A DNA stretch of 63,901 nucleotides, counting the filler, from Collodictyon triciliatum (Eukaryota): NCBI GenBank assembly GCA_043381765.1. It is 4 parts of 4 records of this genome, joined end to end, with 100 filler letters (N's around TTAATTAATTAA, not from the genome) between each part and the next. Parts side by side here need not be neighbours in the genome. Positions count along the whole stretch, not along the records: positions 1 to 17,573 come from JBHJMP010001131.1; 3 more parts are not named here. One strand, given 5' to 3'. Below, one piece after another: positions 1 through 12,650 of this stretch. Both the position numbers and the translations under genes were made by a program. How positions within the stretch are numbered: the stretch's first letter is position 1; every line of letters begins with the position of its first letter. Under the pieces are notes generated by a model. That model was not told where the DNA came from, made no database searches, and was given only the letters and a program-made list of their open reading frames with translations.

Positions 1-21
1 AAAAAAAAGTAAATAAAAAAA

Positions 22-85
<64 letters not shown>

Positions 86-290
86 AATCTGACGAGGAAA
101 AGCAAACACATAAAACATTTGTAACTTGGTTTATTCTGCCGGCTTCGACATTCGGCCAGTTGGCATTTGAAGAGGCCGTGTCTTTGTCTAAGTATTTGTC
201 TTTGCTGTCAATTCGGATGAGTGTGGTGAATGAAATTGGTGACACGCACAACGCGAGAGGGTGTTGTGAAACGAAGGGTTACCTGACAGA

Positions 291-3200
291 TTAATAGCGA
301 GCGACCGGCTTCCATTCATCAGACGGGGACAACGGCTCAAAGAAGGAATTGACAACGGCATCCGGGACATCTTCCCACTTGGCGTATTTCCAAACAGCTG
401 GGCGCTTTTCTTCTAACAGCGCCGTCACGCCCTCTTGAAAGTCCGAGTCGGCCTAGTATGTCGCATCAAAGCATAAGTTCTCATTATTTGCAACAAACAG
501 AGGATAATTAGAGAAACATGGAGGAAAAGAAATTAGGACAAATATATTAGGCTCCTTGATTGTGATAAACAGTAGTTTTTCCCTTTTTCATTTTCAATTA
601 TCCATTGACATAATGAAGTATAAAGGTACATATCAAGAGATAAGATGTGGATATGTGGTTCTTGTATAAGGCATTTCCTTGTTATTCAGGATAGTGCATC
701 ACAGAGTGAGAAAAAATGTCGATGATTCATCCAGGTTTAATTACAAGAAAGCGAGCTGCCATCCTGAGCTCCTGCTTGAAGCATTCATCGAAAGTGAGCT
801 TGGACCCATTTTGAATCTGCCTAAAGACCACCTGCAGAGTGCAAAAATGTTATGAGAGGTATCGTCGCAATATTTCATGGTGCTGTTCCCATCTCCAGTG
901 ATCACATTTAATCGTCTTTCTTGTAAATTCTATGAAAACGTGCCTTGACGCTCAAAGGTGACATCTTTCGCATGGTCTCTAAAGTTGTGAGAGCGAATGG
1001 GCTTCCCTCTTGGGTAAGCACCTTGGCGATTTCCTAGATTTATGTCCATTCGAATAAGCAATTTGGCTGATAATTAAAGAGAATATTTATCCTATATTAT
1101 TGTATGTGCCAACCAAAGACTACCTCGACAGATTTTTGAGAAAAGGCCTTTTCGATTATTGGGAGGTTTGCAGCATATGATGGTGGTGCTTTCAATTTAT
1201 TAACAAAGTTTAATGGTAAATTATAACGAAGGTGGTTTTTTCCACATAATAAAGTATTATCGGCTACATAAATTGTAAATAATGGCAGAAAAATTACGAA
1301 GCTCTTCAGGTAAATCAGCAGCTTCGTCGAGGAGCTGTTTGGTAACCTAGAATGCGAATATGATAGTAAGAAATTTAGGCATATATAGTTTATAAAGATT
1401 AATTGTTTGCTCTTTGTAAGATTTATCTGGTCTCAGTCCAATATTATAATTTTAGAAGGTAAAACATGTTGGGGCATAAGGTATACTCTGGCTTCACGTA
1501 TATGGTTAGTAAGCTCCAAATTCTCGCTCACAACTCCGAGCATGTCAGACGTGATATAATGTGTGGCTATTCCAGCATGACTATGTTACAATTAATTATT
1601 TAAAAAATTACGCAAAAACACTTTCCAAGAAATAAAATTTCATTTAATCGATTCCGGTTACATGCTTTTTTTTTTGAAGAAAAAAAGAAAAGAACGAGTA
1701 CAAGCTGTGGCAACAAATATATCCACTTCATTAGACCTTTCGAGTGCCACAGAATTGCTGTTGGAACTTATATGAAATTTTCTCAAACTTACACAAGGTC
1801 AGTCCCCTTCAGGCGAGCACCAGTAAGAGCCAAGTACATTCCCTGATTCAGTTGTGCACGTTACGAGTTTACATTATAATCGGTATAAATCATTTTGATA
1901 AAATGTCGTAAACTTCAAATTCAAACACATATTCAAGGTATGATATGTTACCAAGGATTTTTCTAAGCGGGGAAGGAATGCGCTTCCTCCAACATCGCAA
2001 AAGAATCCGATAGCTTTTATGTAAAGAAATTTGACAACAAACCATTTCATCGATCAGTATTGGTATTATGCAAGAGATGCTCTGATAAGTGATATGTTTT
2101 ATATATAATTTAAGTTGCCTTTGGCATAGCATACCTGTCTCTGGCATCGCAAACACAGAATTCTCTGTAGCAACTCTGAATCTACCATGAACAGATAACC
2201 CAACACCTCCGCCCACTTTACAAAATCAACAAAGAGAAATAAAAAATAATCACGTGAGTATGTATATCTGATCATATTTTGACTGCTTTGTTTATGTGCT
2301 GGTCTTTGAGCCTAAGCATTTAGAAATCCATCGAATTTTGAAAATAAGATAACCAAAATACCAACAAAATAATGAATAAACAAATATGAAATAATCTGTT
2401 TAAATTATACACACTATAAAAGTATGATGAGAGAATATAGAATAAAAATGAACATACTTGTAATCCCATCGAGAAAAGAAACTTGGGGAATTCGTAATGT
2501 ACCAATCAAATGATTCAAGATGTACTCTTCGCGGAAGAAAGCCAATGCAGCTGGGTCTTTTGCTTTAGACAATCTTACAATTTCTTTTGAGTGATAAATA
2601 AGATAAAATGTTTAAAAAAATATTGTATAAATATTGCTATGCTTTTCATAGAGGTGCGTATGTGTATCATTTTTTTTTCCTTTATTCGATTCAAAGTGCA
2701 GCGAGGTTGCGTATTTGTATCATTTGAAAATTATCATATCATGTTAATTTGTACCCTCGATTCATATTGTATAAGCTTTAGAATTTCAAGGAATGAGCCC
2801 GATGCGCGTTTATGATCGTAAAGTATATTTATATTAATTGATAGCTTGAAGACAGGGAGGAAATGGTTAACCTCGGATATCACCACCAGCACAAAAAGCC
2901 CTCCCTCCGCTCCCCTTCATGATTACCACCTTGATGCTGTCATTTTCCTCGTAAGACTAAATATTTGATGATTAAAACATCTCAGAAATGTATTTGAATC
3001 GCACCAAAAGAAAAAGAATCAGGCGTTCAGACATCAAATAATGTATTTTTATTTCTTCCCTTTATTTTATGCTCTCTTTATGTTTATAACGGTTGGGAAG
3101 TTTTGGATTTCGTATCTCCGATTTTGTTTTACATGGCTGCCACAAACATCATGCTGATATATCTATGGGATTGTGAAGAATATCGAGCGAAGAGAGGAAA

Positions 3201-3819
3201 TGTATTAAGAAACATACGCGGTAGAGCGGTGTCATATACCGAACCATACTTAGATTCAGAGCGTTCAATGCCTTGGGTCTGTTTAGTGTCAAAGTTCGAG
3301 AGAATGAAGATGCTGTTTCGATAACCTGCAAAGAGTGTTCATTTTTCAACACAGTGAGTAGAGAAGTCAGGGGGAAATGGTTGTTTCTAGTTATTTAAAA
3401 ACAAAGTTTGATAACAGGTTAAATGAAGGGCTGGTTTTATAAGAAACGTGAACTACGACGACTACCTCAAAGCATAGAGCCTTTACAAAATGACCAAAAA
3501 CAAAAAAAAAATATGTTATGCTCTTACTTCAGGTACAGTAGTACTCATGCTTCGCTTGAAAAGGGTTTGAAGTAGTCTATTGTAAAAATCAGGTTGGTAA
3601 ATAATAGTCATAAAAATCATGGACATGGGCATACATTCTAAGGATTCACGTGCCGCCATTTGAAATATAAATCGAAGAGAACGAACAAGCGAAGGAAAGA
3701 ATCTAAAAAGCAAGGCAGAGAGAGAGAGAGACTAGATTTGGCCTGAAAATAGCCTTATTGCTTGGCACAGACTGGGTAGGAGTGGCCTGGCGCGCGAGTG
3801 CGAGAAGAGAGACAGTCAT
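291..3819 (-). CDS. HIBCH: 3-hydroxyisobutyryl-CoA hydrolase, mitochondrial (crotonase family), multi-exon
   Basis: Exons splice in frame: [126 protein letters not shown]. Stop TAA at 291-293. ATG 3819 starts a presequence-like N-terminus ([11 protein letters not shown]...). Confidence 0.95.
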
Positions 3820-4617
3820 CCTAGTAAAGAGCGTCCGTTGTGATAATGCTGGAATAGAATTGAAGGGAAAAAAAAGGGGAAGATTGAACTCTCTATGTGG
3901 AGCGAGGTTGCTTGAGCTCTGGGTGCCTCCCTTGTTGGCTTCATGTCTGCTTGTTGCGAGCTTATGGCCAATAATGATGAGCTAGTAGAAAACAAATCAA
4001 AACAATACAAAAAATCAAGAAAAAGAGCTCCGCGGTGGCTTGTTGTCGATTACACACATGCGTCGCTCATTTCTGGAAAATAAATTCTCTTCGCATCTGC
4101 CGCTCGGCCTCACGCTACGCGGGCAGAATCACAAAGTTTTGCCCATTCCAACACACTTTTTCAAAAAGGCCAAGGGTTAGGCGTTGAGTGAATTGCGAGC
4201 GGTCGTATGAGTACTGGTGTTTGTTGAGAGAGAAAGAGAACCGGAGTTTAATATCACACCACAGGCACTCCATCCTCGGCTTGGGGAATCAAAGGGGAGG
4301 TAGGAAGGAAGGGAGGCGGGGATAGTGGAGGCGGGGAGACAAGCGAAAGTAAGGCTGACTGCACGGGTTGGCCAGATGGATGACATTTAGGGGGTTAGAA
4401 AGGCGTGTCTGCGCTCGGTCCAAAGTGTTGGGGCTGGTGATGTTAGGTTGGAGAGGGTTTGGTGCGCCCTTGTAAAACTACCGCTTGAGAACAATTTACG
4501 CAGTTTTCTTGGATTTCCTGTTTATTTACAAAGACATGGTTAAGTACTTAAGAAAAAAATCATAGATAAAAGAGGGCTTGGCCCTAAATAGTAATGAGTC
4601 CAGCAGCCTTTCTTTGC

Positions 4618-6126
4618 TTACTTTTTGGTGGATTGCACATCTTGGGGCCCGGCCTCTGCTGCTGGAGCGTCGCGGTCGCTTGAACTCTCTGCTTGGCCTT
4701 TGTTGCTGTTAGCTCTAGATGGCTTGTTCAGTGCTACGATTCGAGGTAAGAAAGGGGGAAAAAAATTAGAGCACTTGGTGAGGGAGGCATCATCTGTTCT
4801 TCGGAAATGATAGAGTTTAAGTATAATGTGCAAATGTATCCTCATTCTTACAAGGTAAGGCTTTCAGTCCGCTCCCGTGCTCTTCTGATTTTGGGTTCTT
4901 GGCTCCTGTAAGCGCAGAAATATTAATTAGATAAGGCATACAGATGTTTGCCAGAATCTTCTGTCATTGCTAGGTTCATTTGGAATCTGGTATATATGGA
5001 TGGAATGATATATGAATTTGTGGACAAGTCAGCAGGTGTTCAAGGGTGCATAGAGAGTGCCAATAGATTATTTAACTCAACACGAATAAATAAGGAAAAT
5101 AGAATAGATTCTATGGGAAGAGAGTAATGATATTTGCTCTCAAAAAAGATGAAGCGGGATAGTTTGAATGCTCAAGGCATGCACAGCTAGCAGGGGCCTT
5201 AGTAACATACGCAAGGAATCTTCTTCGCAAAGTAGATAAATTACCTATCGAAAAAAACTGTAAAATACCTGTCTCCTTGAGTGGAGTAGAGGGTTTCTCA
5301 GCGGGTATGTCGACCTTGGCTGTTACTGTGAAGAATATTCAAGAGAAATACCGATTGTATATAAATATCATAGTTAGCAGCTGAACAGGCTGAAGAGTGG
5401 AAACTAACAAAATATGTTCTATAAATTATGGACAAAAGGAGAAAGGATTAAAGTTTCTCTCAGTGTCGTACCAAGTACCACCGAAACACAGCATGTTAGC
5501 TGTGGAAGTGAAAGTAGAAGAAACATAGGCGAAGCAAATGGTTTCTTCTTATTTTCTTTTATTCGATCCAAAGGACGAAAAATATTCCTTCATGAGAAAA
5601 TACCTTGGTCTAGTCCCTCTTCCAGGGGCTCGGTCTTGGGATTGGACTTGCGGGGAGCGCGCGTTTTGCGCTTCTTCTTGCTCTCTTCCTCGACTTCAAC
5701 AGGCTTCACCTCCTCGGGAGCCATGAGAATAGCCGAGGCATTGAAGGGAAAGCCATAGACTCCATTTGAGCCTGGGGAAGCTGTTTGGGAAGCAGCAACA
5801 CGGCGCAGGTATTCAGCTGTGGGGAAACTCGATTGGAAAGCCGAGAAGGTGGAGGCGACGTGGAGCTGCTCATCGTAGGACAGGATCTGCATGACCCGGA
5901 AGTCTGGGTCGAGGTCTGCACCAGAGCCGCTGCGTGCATGCTTGTATTCAACGTCTACCTGGTAGAGCTTCTGGCCCATCTCGGAGGCAGCCTTCAGAAC
6001 AAGCTCGAGAGTGTCGTTGGGGCTGACGAATATGTAGAAGAGGTTCTTTGTGTCTTCCGCGAATATCTGGAGCTTCCAGCGGTAGGAGAGTCCAAGAGAC
6101 GAGAGAGTGGCAAGGTGGACGCTCAT
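4618..6126 (-). CDS. Protein with an N-terminal Net1/Tof2/Dnt1-like (Cdc14-binding N-terminal-type) domain and a charged low-complexity tail; 3' end uncertain
   Basis: Exon 1 reads FYIFVSPNDTLELVLKAASEMGQKLY...SGADLDPDFRVMQIL. Further GT-AG exons at ~5270-5327, ~4851-4905 and ~4618-4733 splice in frame. Basic KKKRK motif. A donor (gtaagc) overlaps the stop, so the gene may continue to ~4290. Confidence 0.6.
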
Positions 6127-7699
6127 TTGGTCGGCGGTGGTTTTTGTGCTTCGCTTCACGATTTAAAAGCAGCGGGTGGTTAGCAAGTGATGAGTATCCG
6201 GGTGGCAAATATAATAAAAGGCTGTTGGAGAGCTCAGTTATATTTGCCTTGTCCGAACGTTGAGCGACGGTGGAGGGCGGCTGGGAAATTTACAAGTGCT
6301 CTTGGGGATATGTTTGGGAGGTGGAGGGGTGGGGTGAGGAAGGGAGTGGTATGTGGGTTTGAACGTTGGGTTGGGTGTCCAGTCTTCCGCACTTTCAGTC
6401 GTGGTTGTTGACCAAAATTTATGGCAGCCGCGCGTCTCTACTGCCAAAGTGACTTGGTTGCGACTGCTCAACGGGCTCGAAATTGAGGTTTGTGATGTGG
6501 TTATCGCAAAAAACACAGCGGAAATGTGTGCGCCTCGCTCTGAAAGAAAGGCTGGCGGCTTATTATTCAAAAGGACAGAACTACCAACGTCGGCGACTTT
6601 TCGATTCTAACAATAAATCCCGAAATAGATATTTTGTATAAGGGGTCGAACATTCATTTCCAAATTTAATTTTGATTGAAATTGTTATTTCCTATTTGTG
6701 GATTATATAGTTTATACTTTCAAAATTTTGTATTGTGGTGTGCTATTAGCATAATTTATTCAAAAGAATACATAATTATGATAGATATACAGAATATAGT
6801 AAAAGATAGTAATGCATCATTGCTCTCCAGACGAATTCCTGTGTTTCGATAGGATTCCACAATGGGTTAAGGCCACACTCAGACACAGCCAATAAGCAAG
6901 CGACACTCCTAGGATACGGGAATCTTCCAGATGAATCGATCTGCATGGAAGTGTGCGGAAGTTTCTCCCAAAGAACCCAGTTGGGAAAATTGGCCAGAAG
7001 CAGACGGGCATACGGAAAGCACCAAGCAAGGACACAACGCAACGGGCAGTATATAATCCCCACACCTCGATTCCGCGAGTATTTACATTTTGCAGACAAT
7101 CTAATAACAACCTCCGAGCCACGCAAACACACACACAGACAGACATAGACCCACTCGCAGAGACAAACACAACAAAGATCCCGCTGACTCATTCCCACCC
7201 GACCAAACACTTCACAGAACCCAGCAAAGACCGCACCCAGATCCACGCACACACACACCTCAGCAACCGGGCCGCAAAGCAAGCGCAAGCCCAGATCCCC
7301 ACCAGCCAGACCACCCCACCCCACCCACCCCACCCCACCTCACCCCGCATCGCATCACCGCACCTCAGCAAAAGACACCGAGCCGGCCCAGTAGAGAACC
7401 CAGCCAGCCAGCCCGGAGAGGTGAATAATGAGCAAGACGCCTGCCACGCAAGCACGCAGCACCGCAACCACCCGCCCCGCCTCCATCCTGATTGCCCTCC
7501 GCAACGCCCCCCTCGTGACCACCTGCCACATGGTCATTGCCTTCTCGCCACACACCACACCCAGCTTCACAGCCGATTCCTAAGCGCCTCCCGCACCCAA
7601 CTCCAATTCCAACTCCAATCCTCCCGCCGGCTACTCTGCCGGCCCCGATGAGCAACACCTGCCACAGCCACAACCACAACCACAGCCACAACCACAGCC

Positions 7700-8320
7700 A
7701 TGGCCACACTCCTCCTCGCCAGCCAATCCAAGTCGCAGCCGGCCACAGAGGCGCTCAACGTCTTTGGGCACTTCCTCCCGGCCGACACGCCCGACACGGC
7801 CGCGTGCAAGGGCGCCGCCTTCAAGCGCTTCGGGCCGCTGGTGCGCTCCGTCTTCGGGGTGGCGCCCGTGGCCGCAACAGCCTGCACAGGGGCCTCTGAG
7901 GCAGCGGGCGGGGTGCTGTCTGCCCTGTGGAAGCGGCTGTCGGGCGAGTCGCTGTTCAGCGCCGAGCACGAGTGTGCGGCCCCGTCTGTGGAGCTGCTGC
8001 TGCGCCGCTGCCTGAAGCACGACGTGTGCGGCCCCCACGAGCTGGCCCTGGCGCTGATCTACCTGCACCGCGTGCACCGCCGCCGCCCCTGCCTCAGCGC
8101 CCGCACGCTCGACAAGTACGTCCTCGCCGCCATCGTCCTCGCCGCAAAGTTCCTGCAGGACTCGCCCTACAACAACCAGGCCATGGCCACCATTGCGCGC
8201 CTGCCCCTGCACCACCTCAACCGCCTCGAGGCCGCCCTCCTCCGCGACCTGGCCTTTGCCCTCGCCCCCACCGACGCCGAGTGGCTGGCCTTCTGGCCCC
8301 TTGTCGCCCGCCCGGCCTAG
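7700..8320 (+). CDS. PHO80/P(U)-type cyclin, intronless, GC-rich
   Basis: Cyclin-box motifs ELALALIYLHRV, VLAAIVLAAKFLQDSPYNNQAMA, LHHLNRLEAALLRDLAFAL. Confidence 0.88.
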   Translation: MATLLLASQSKSQPATEALNVFGHFLPADTPDTAACKGAAFKRFGPLVRSVFGVAPVAATACTGASEAAGGVLSALWKRLSGESLFSAEHECAAPSVELLLRRCLKHDVCGPHELALALIYLHRVHRRRPCLSARTLDKYVLAAIVLAAKFLQDSPYNNQAMATIARLPLHHLNRLEAALLRDLAFALAPTDAEWLAFWPLVARPA

Positions 8321-8436
8321 TCCCTTCCTCCCCTCCGCCTCGCCCCCTTCTCTTTTTCTCTCTCTCTCTCGCCCTATGATGCCGGCAATAAAACGGAGGC
8401 GCTGTTCGAACTGTCGCTGGTATGTGCAGGGTCGGT

Positions 8437-10403
8437 TTATTCCGAGGTGTGGAGAGCGGCAAGGCGGGCGGTCAGGCCGTCCGTGTCGGGATCGGGTGCC
8501 TTGCGGCGCGTGTTGTGGGTGCGGGTGCGGGTGTGGGTGCGGGTGCCTGTACGGGGGCGGGTGTGTGAGGGCGCAGGCGGGGGCAGAGGGTCGGGGGCGT
8601 CGTCTTCGCACATGGCCGAGAGGCGGCGGGCGAGGAGGGGCGAGGCCCACGCGTGGACGTGGTCGGACAGCCTGCGCAGGGGGCGGGGGTCAGGGCCAGG
8701 GCCAGGGGCGAGGGTGGGGGCCGGGGTCAGGGTCAGGGTGAGGGACGAGCGCAGCTGCGAGTGGAGCGGCGTGATGTACGGGGCAAAGTCAAAGTCCCGC
8801 GGGCACGCCAGACTCGGGGGCTGCGACAGTGCGGCGTAGATCCGACCCAGCCGTGCGATCGGGAAGTGCCTGCGGAAGAGGCTCGAGATCGGCCCGCTGT
8901 GGGGCGGCAGCTGCCTTGGCCCGGTGGCGGTGGCGGTGGCGGTGGCTTTGCCCTTGCCCTTGCCCTTCGCCTTGGCTGTGGCTGTGGCTGTGGCTGTGGC
9001 TGCGGCTGCGTCGGGGCCCTTGCAGAGCGACGGTGCGGCCGTGGCCATGTGGTGGGCAATCCGCAACAGGCCCCGGACCGAGTGCGCTGTGGCGATGGAC
9101 GAGAACTGCACCGCCTGCACTTGGCTCTCAAACACAGACAGCTGCTTCACATCCTGGTGGCTGTACCGTCGCACCTAGTGCGGGGCTCTGTCATCTCACG
9201 GCGCGGATGTTTGTCATGCATGTTGTGCACAGACATAAATGAAAACGAAAGCAGAGGCACACACGGAATCGAAGCAGGAAAGGGAAGAGAATGGGAAAAA
9301 CAAACAAACAAACAAACAAACAAACAAACAAACAAACAAACAAACAAACAAACAAACAAACAAACAAACAAACAAACAAACAAACAAACAAACAAACAAA
9401 CAAACAAACAGACAGACAGGGGTGTGATGATAATGATGTGAATGGTGGTTGCAAGCGCGTGTATAGCGCGATTTTGCTAATCACAGATAATATTGCTGTC
9501 ATCTCTTCTTCCCTTCCTCAGACACAAATCTTGGTATTTGCGCAAACAAAAGATGTCCAAGAGAGATTCACAACACTTTTCAATTCAAATGTCCTTTTTT
9601 CTTTTACAAAAAATAAATAAATAAAGAGAGTAAAGGATTGTTTGTGTCTACTCACTTGTTGAATCGCCTCTGCTTCGTACTCGTCTAATTGTCTGTTAAA
9701 GGCTTCGAATGATTGATCCACAGAATGCATGCACTTGTTGCTCTGGACACAGACCTAGTCCACAAACAATTGGCAGAAAAAAATAAAATAAATATTCCTC
9801 CATGCCATTCTGATCCGAGTGTCATGAGGAGATAAGCATGCGGATTCATGGGGTTGGGCCCCATTGTTTGGGGATGAAGTATAGAAGAAATGAAAAAGAA
9901 AAAGAAAAAGAAAGAGAAAAAGAAAAAGAAAAAGAAAGAGAAAGAGAAAAAGAAAAAGAAAAAGAAAAAGAAAAAGAAAATAAAAGGACGAAGAGGGAGA
10001 GAGCGACAATGAAAGATACAAACAGCTTCAACGGCATCGTCGAGCTGAGCGTAGCGGAGCCTTGCGGAGAGCAGACACGGGTTGGAGCCGCCAGCCAGGG
10101 CCTTTGCAGAGCGGACCAGGCCGTCCCTGCCCTTCTCGTAAGGCTCGTGGCGATGCATGGGGTTTTCCTTGAGGTCGCAGCGGGCACACTCGCGGCAGAG
10201 GAAGGGGCGGTACAGACAGGAGCTGCAGTAGTACTCGTACGGCAGGCCTGCATGCTCGGCACACGCGAGCGTCTCGACGACCCTGCAGCGGCAGACGGCA
10301 GTGAGCGAGCCATGCACAGACACAGAGAGGTTCACACAGGTGGAGAAGCAGGCGAGTCAACAGGAGAGTAAAGGAGAGAGAAGGAGAGAGAAAGAGAGAG
10401 TAA

Positions 10404-10447
<44 letters not shown>

Positions 10448-11245
10448 AAAGAAAAGAAAGAAAAGAAAGAAAGAGAGAAAGAAAGATAGAAAAAGAAAGA
10501 AAGATAGAAAAAGAAAGAAAGAAAGAAAAGAAAGAAAGAAAGAAAAGAAAAGAAAGAAAGAAATAAATAAATAAAAAAGAAAGAAAGGGAGAAAGAAAGA
10601 AAGAAGAGAAAGAGAAAGAGAAAGAGAAAGAGAAAGAGAAAGAGAAAGAGAAAGAGAAAGAGAAAGAGAAAGAGAAAGAGAGAGAAGAGAAGAGAAGAGA
10701 AGAGAAGAGAAGAGAAGAGAAGAGAAGAGAAGAGAAGAGAAGAGAAGAGAAGAGAAGAGAAGAGAAGAGAAGAGAAGAGAGATACAGAGAGAGAGATACA
10801 GAGAGAGAGAGGCGCACTTGGCTGGCAGGGCCAGGCGGGAGCGGCGCATGGCGCGGGTCTCGATGCGGGGCGGGGCCGGGGCGTGAACGTGGACGTGGAC
10901 GGAGCGCTGGAGGGCGTGGCATTGCCTCAGGGTGTGGACGGGGGTGGCGCGCAGGCTGTAGTCGGCCAGGCAGAGCGGGCAGCGGGCGAGCGAGTGGACG
11001 CCGTGCGGGGCGGCGTAGTGGGCGTAGGCGGCCAGGCTGACGGCCCGGCGGGTCTCTGCGGTCTGCTGCGCATACAACCCCGCCACCGCCTCGTGCTGCT
11101 CCCACCGCCGCTCCAGGCAGCCGCCGCAGAACGCGTGCCCGCACCCCAGGAACCGCCCCTCCGTCAGCGGCCCCCGGCACAGCAGGCAGTCTGCCCGCCA
11201 GTCTCCCTCTCCCGGCCCCTGCCTCTCCCGCACCATCGTGCTCAT
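8437..11245 (-). CDS. RING + B-box + coiled-coil (TRIM/RBCC-like) putative E3 ligase, 4 exons
   Basis: C3HC4 RING CLLC...GCGHAFCGGC...CPLC (exon ~10818-11245). B-box CAEH...YYCSSC...LCRECA...HRHEP (exon ~10024-10283). Helical exon SVDQSFEAFNRQLDEYEAEAIQQ (~9656-9754). Last exon 8437-9174. Confidence 0.8.
9301..9410. repeat. (CAAA)n intronic microsatellite
   Basis: Directly visible. Confidence 0.95.
10380..10810. repeat. Compound purine microsatellite (AG, AAAG, AAAGAG, AGAAG) in intron 1 of the RING gene
   Basis: Directly visible. Confidence 0.95.
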
Positions 11246-11264
11246 CCTTCTTCTTCCTGCTCCT

Positions 11265-11337
11265 CTTGTGCTTGTGCTTGTGCTTGTGCTTGTGCTTGTG
11301 CTTGTGCTTGTGCTTGTGCTTGTGCTTGTGCTTGTGC
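11265..11337. repeat. (CTTGTG)n hexamer tract upstream of the RING gene
   Basis: Directly visible. Confidence 0.95.
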
Positions 11338-11802
11338 TCGTTCTCCGGTCGGCAAGTGGCGTCACTCTGCACTCCCTCGCTCCCTGCTGATTCGCAGAGG
11401 CTGTTCAGAGGCGTGCCTTTCAATTGCTGCCATGGGCAGCGCTCTCTATTCTTCTCTTTTCGTTTGATTTGGCTGGTGTGCTCCGGCTCTCTGCTTCATA
11501 GTCGCGTATGTTGGCTTCCAATCCCGCACTTCTGTGCCGATGGCTTGATGGAAGCTTGCCTTTGTGGTCCGGGGGTTGGGTACTTACCGACTCCGAGTCT
11601 TATACCTTCTCCAGGTTTTGATTATCTTCGCCTCTCGTAACACGGGGTTTGTTTGGCAGGGGGCTTCGAAAATTCAAAATCATTTGAATGTTTGAATTTT
11701 TATTTGTTGAAAATTGAACTTGATTCAAATGCGGAAAATACAGCGCAATTATTATCACAGGTTTGATTGTTCCAAAAACCCTTCCTTTTCTTCAATCGAA
11801 TA

Positions 11803-11962
11803 AAAGAAAAATAAGAAAAATAAGAAAAATAAGAAAAATAAGAAAAAATAAGAAAAATAAGAAAAATAAGAAAAAATAAGAAAAATAAGAAAAAATAAGA
11901 AAAGATAAGAAAAGATAAGAAAAGATAAGAAAAGATAAGAAAAGATAAGAAAAGATAAGAAA
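11803..11962. repeat. (TAAGAAAAA/TAAGAAAAGA)n tandem repeat
   Basis: Directly visible. Confidence 0.9.
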
Positions 11963-12650
11963 AAAAGAAAAAAAGAGGCCTACACAAATAATACGATTCA
12001 ATTGGAAAATAAGTATGGGATATCGCAACGATTACCGCCATTATAAAAAGATGCCGCTGGGCAGTTTGGGGTTTTATTTGTACACAGATTTGTTTGAGGG
12101 AAGTAAAAGAAAAGAATCAGTAAGAAGGGTATTCATTACTTTCTCCACCGCCTGAGATAGGATTGAGGGTTTCAATCGCCCTATCAAGTCAGGGTGCTTA
12201 TGTAAAATCAATAGTCCAGACATTGGGCCAGAAACTATATTTCATTTCTTTGGGAGAGGAAACATCAAAGGCTTTCGAACGGGCGTCATTTCTGGCGGGG
12301 GTTCATCAAACACAGCAAATCTCTGGTAAAAGAAAATAAAAGGTTAGTGGGGGTTATGGGAAAAGTTGAGTTATTACTTTGTTGATGTTCTGCCCAAGAT
12401 ATGCCAGACATAATCTTTGGGTTCACGCTACCCCCCACCCCCCAGAACATCACATGCAAAATATTGCTATTGCTTTTGAAATACAATTCTATCAATCCAC
12501 GATACGTACATCATTTTCTTTCTTTTTTTCTTAAAAAAAAAACGTACGGCTTCACAATCTTTAAGAAGCAAAGACTTTGCATCATCCTGATGGTCGAAGC
12601 TACTTTCAGCCTCGAAGATGACACCAAGCTCACGCCTCTCACACATAAAA

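Noticed and set aside
6776-9441. Many long overlapping ORFs on both strands (also 18107-23297)
   Set aside because: Expected from stop-codon scarcity in GC-rich and repeat DNA, or from N runs; only frames with domain motifs or coding-like bias were kept.
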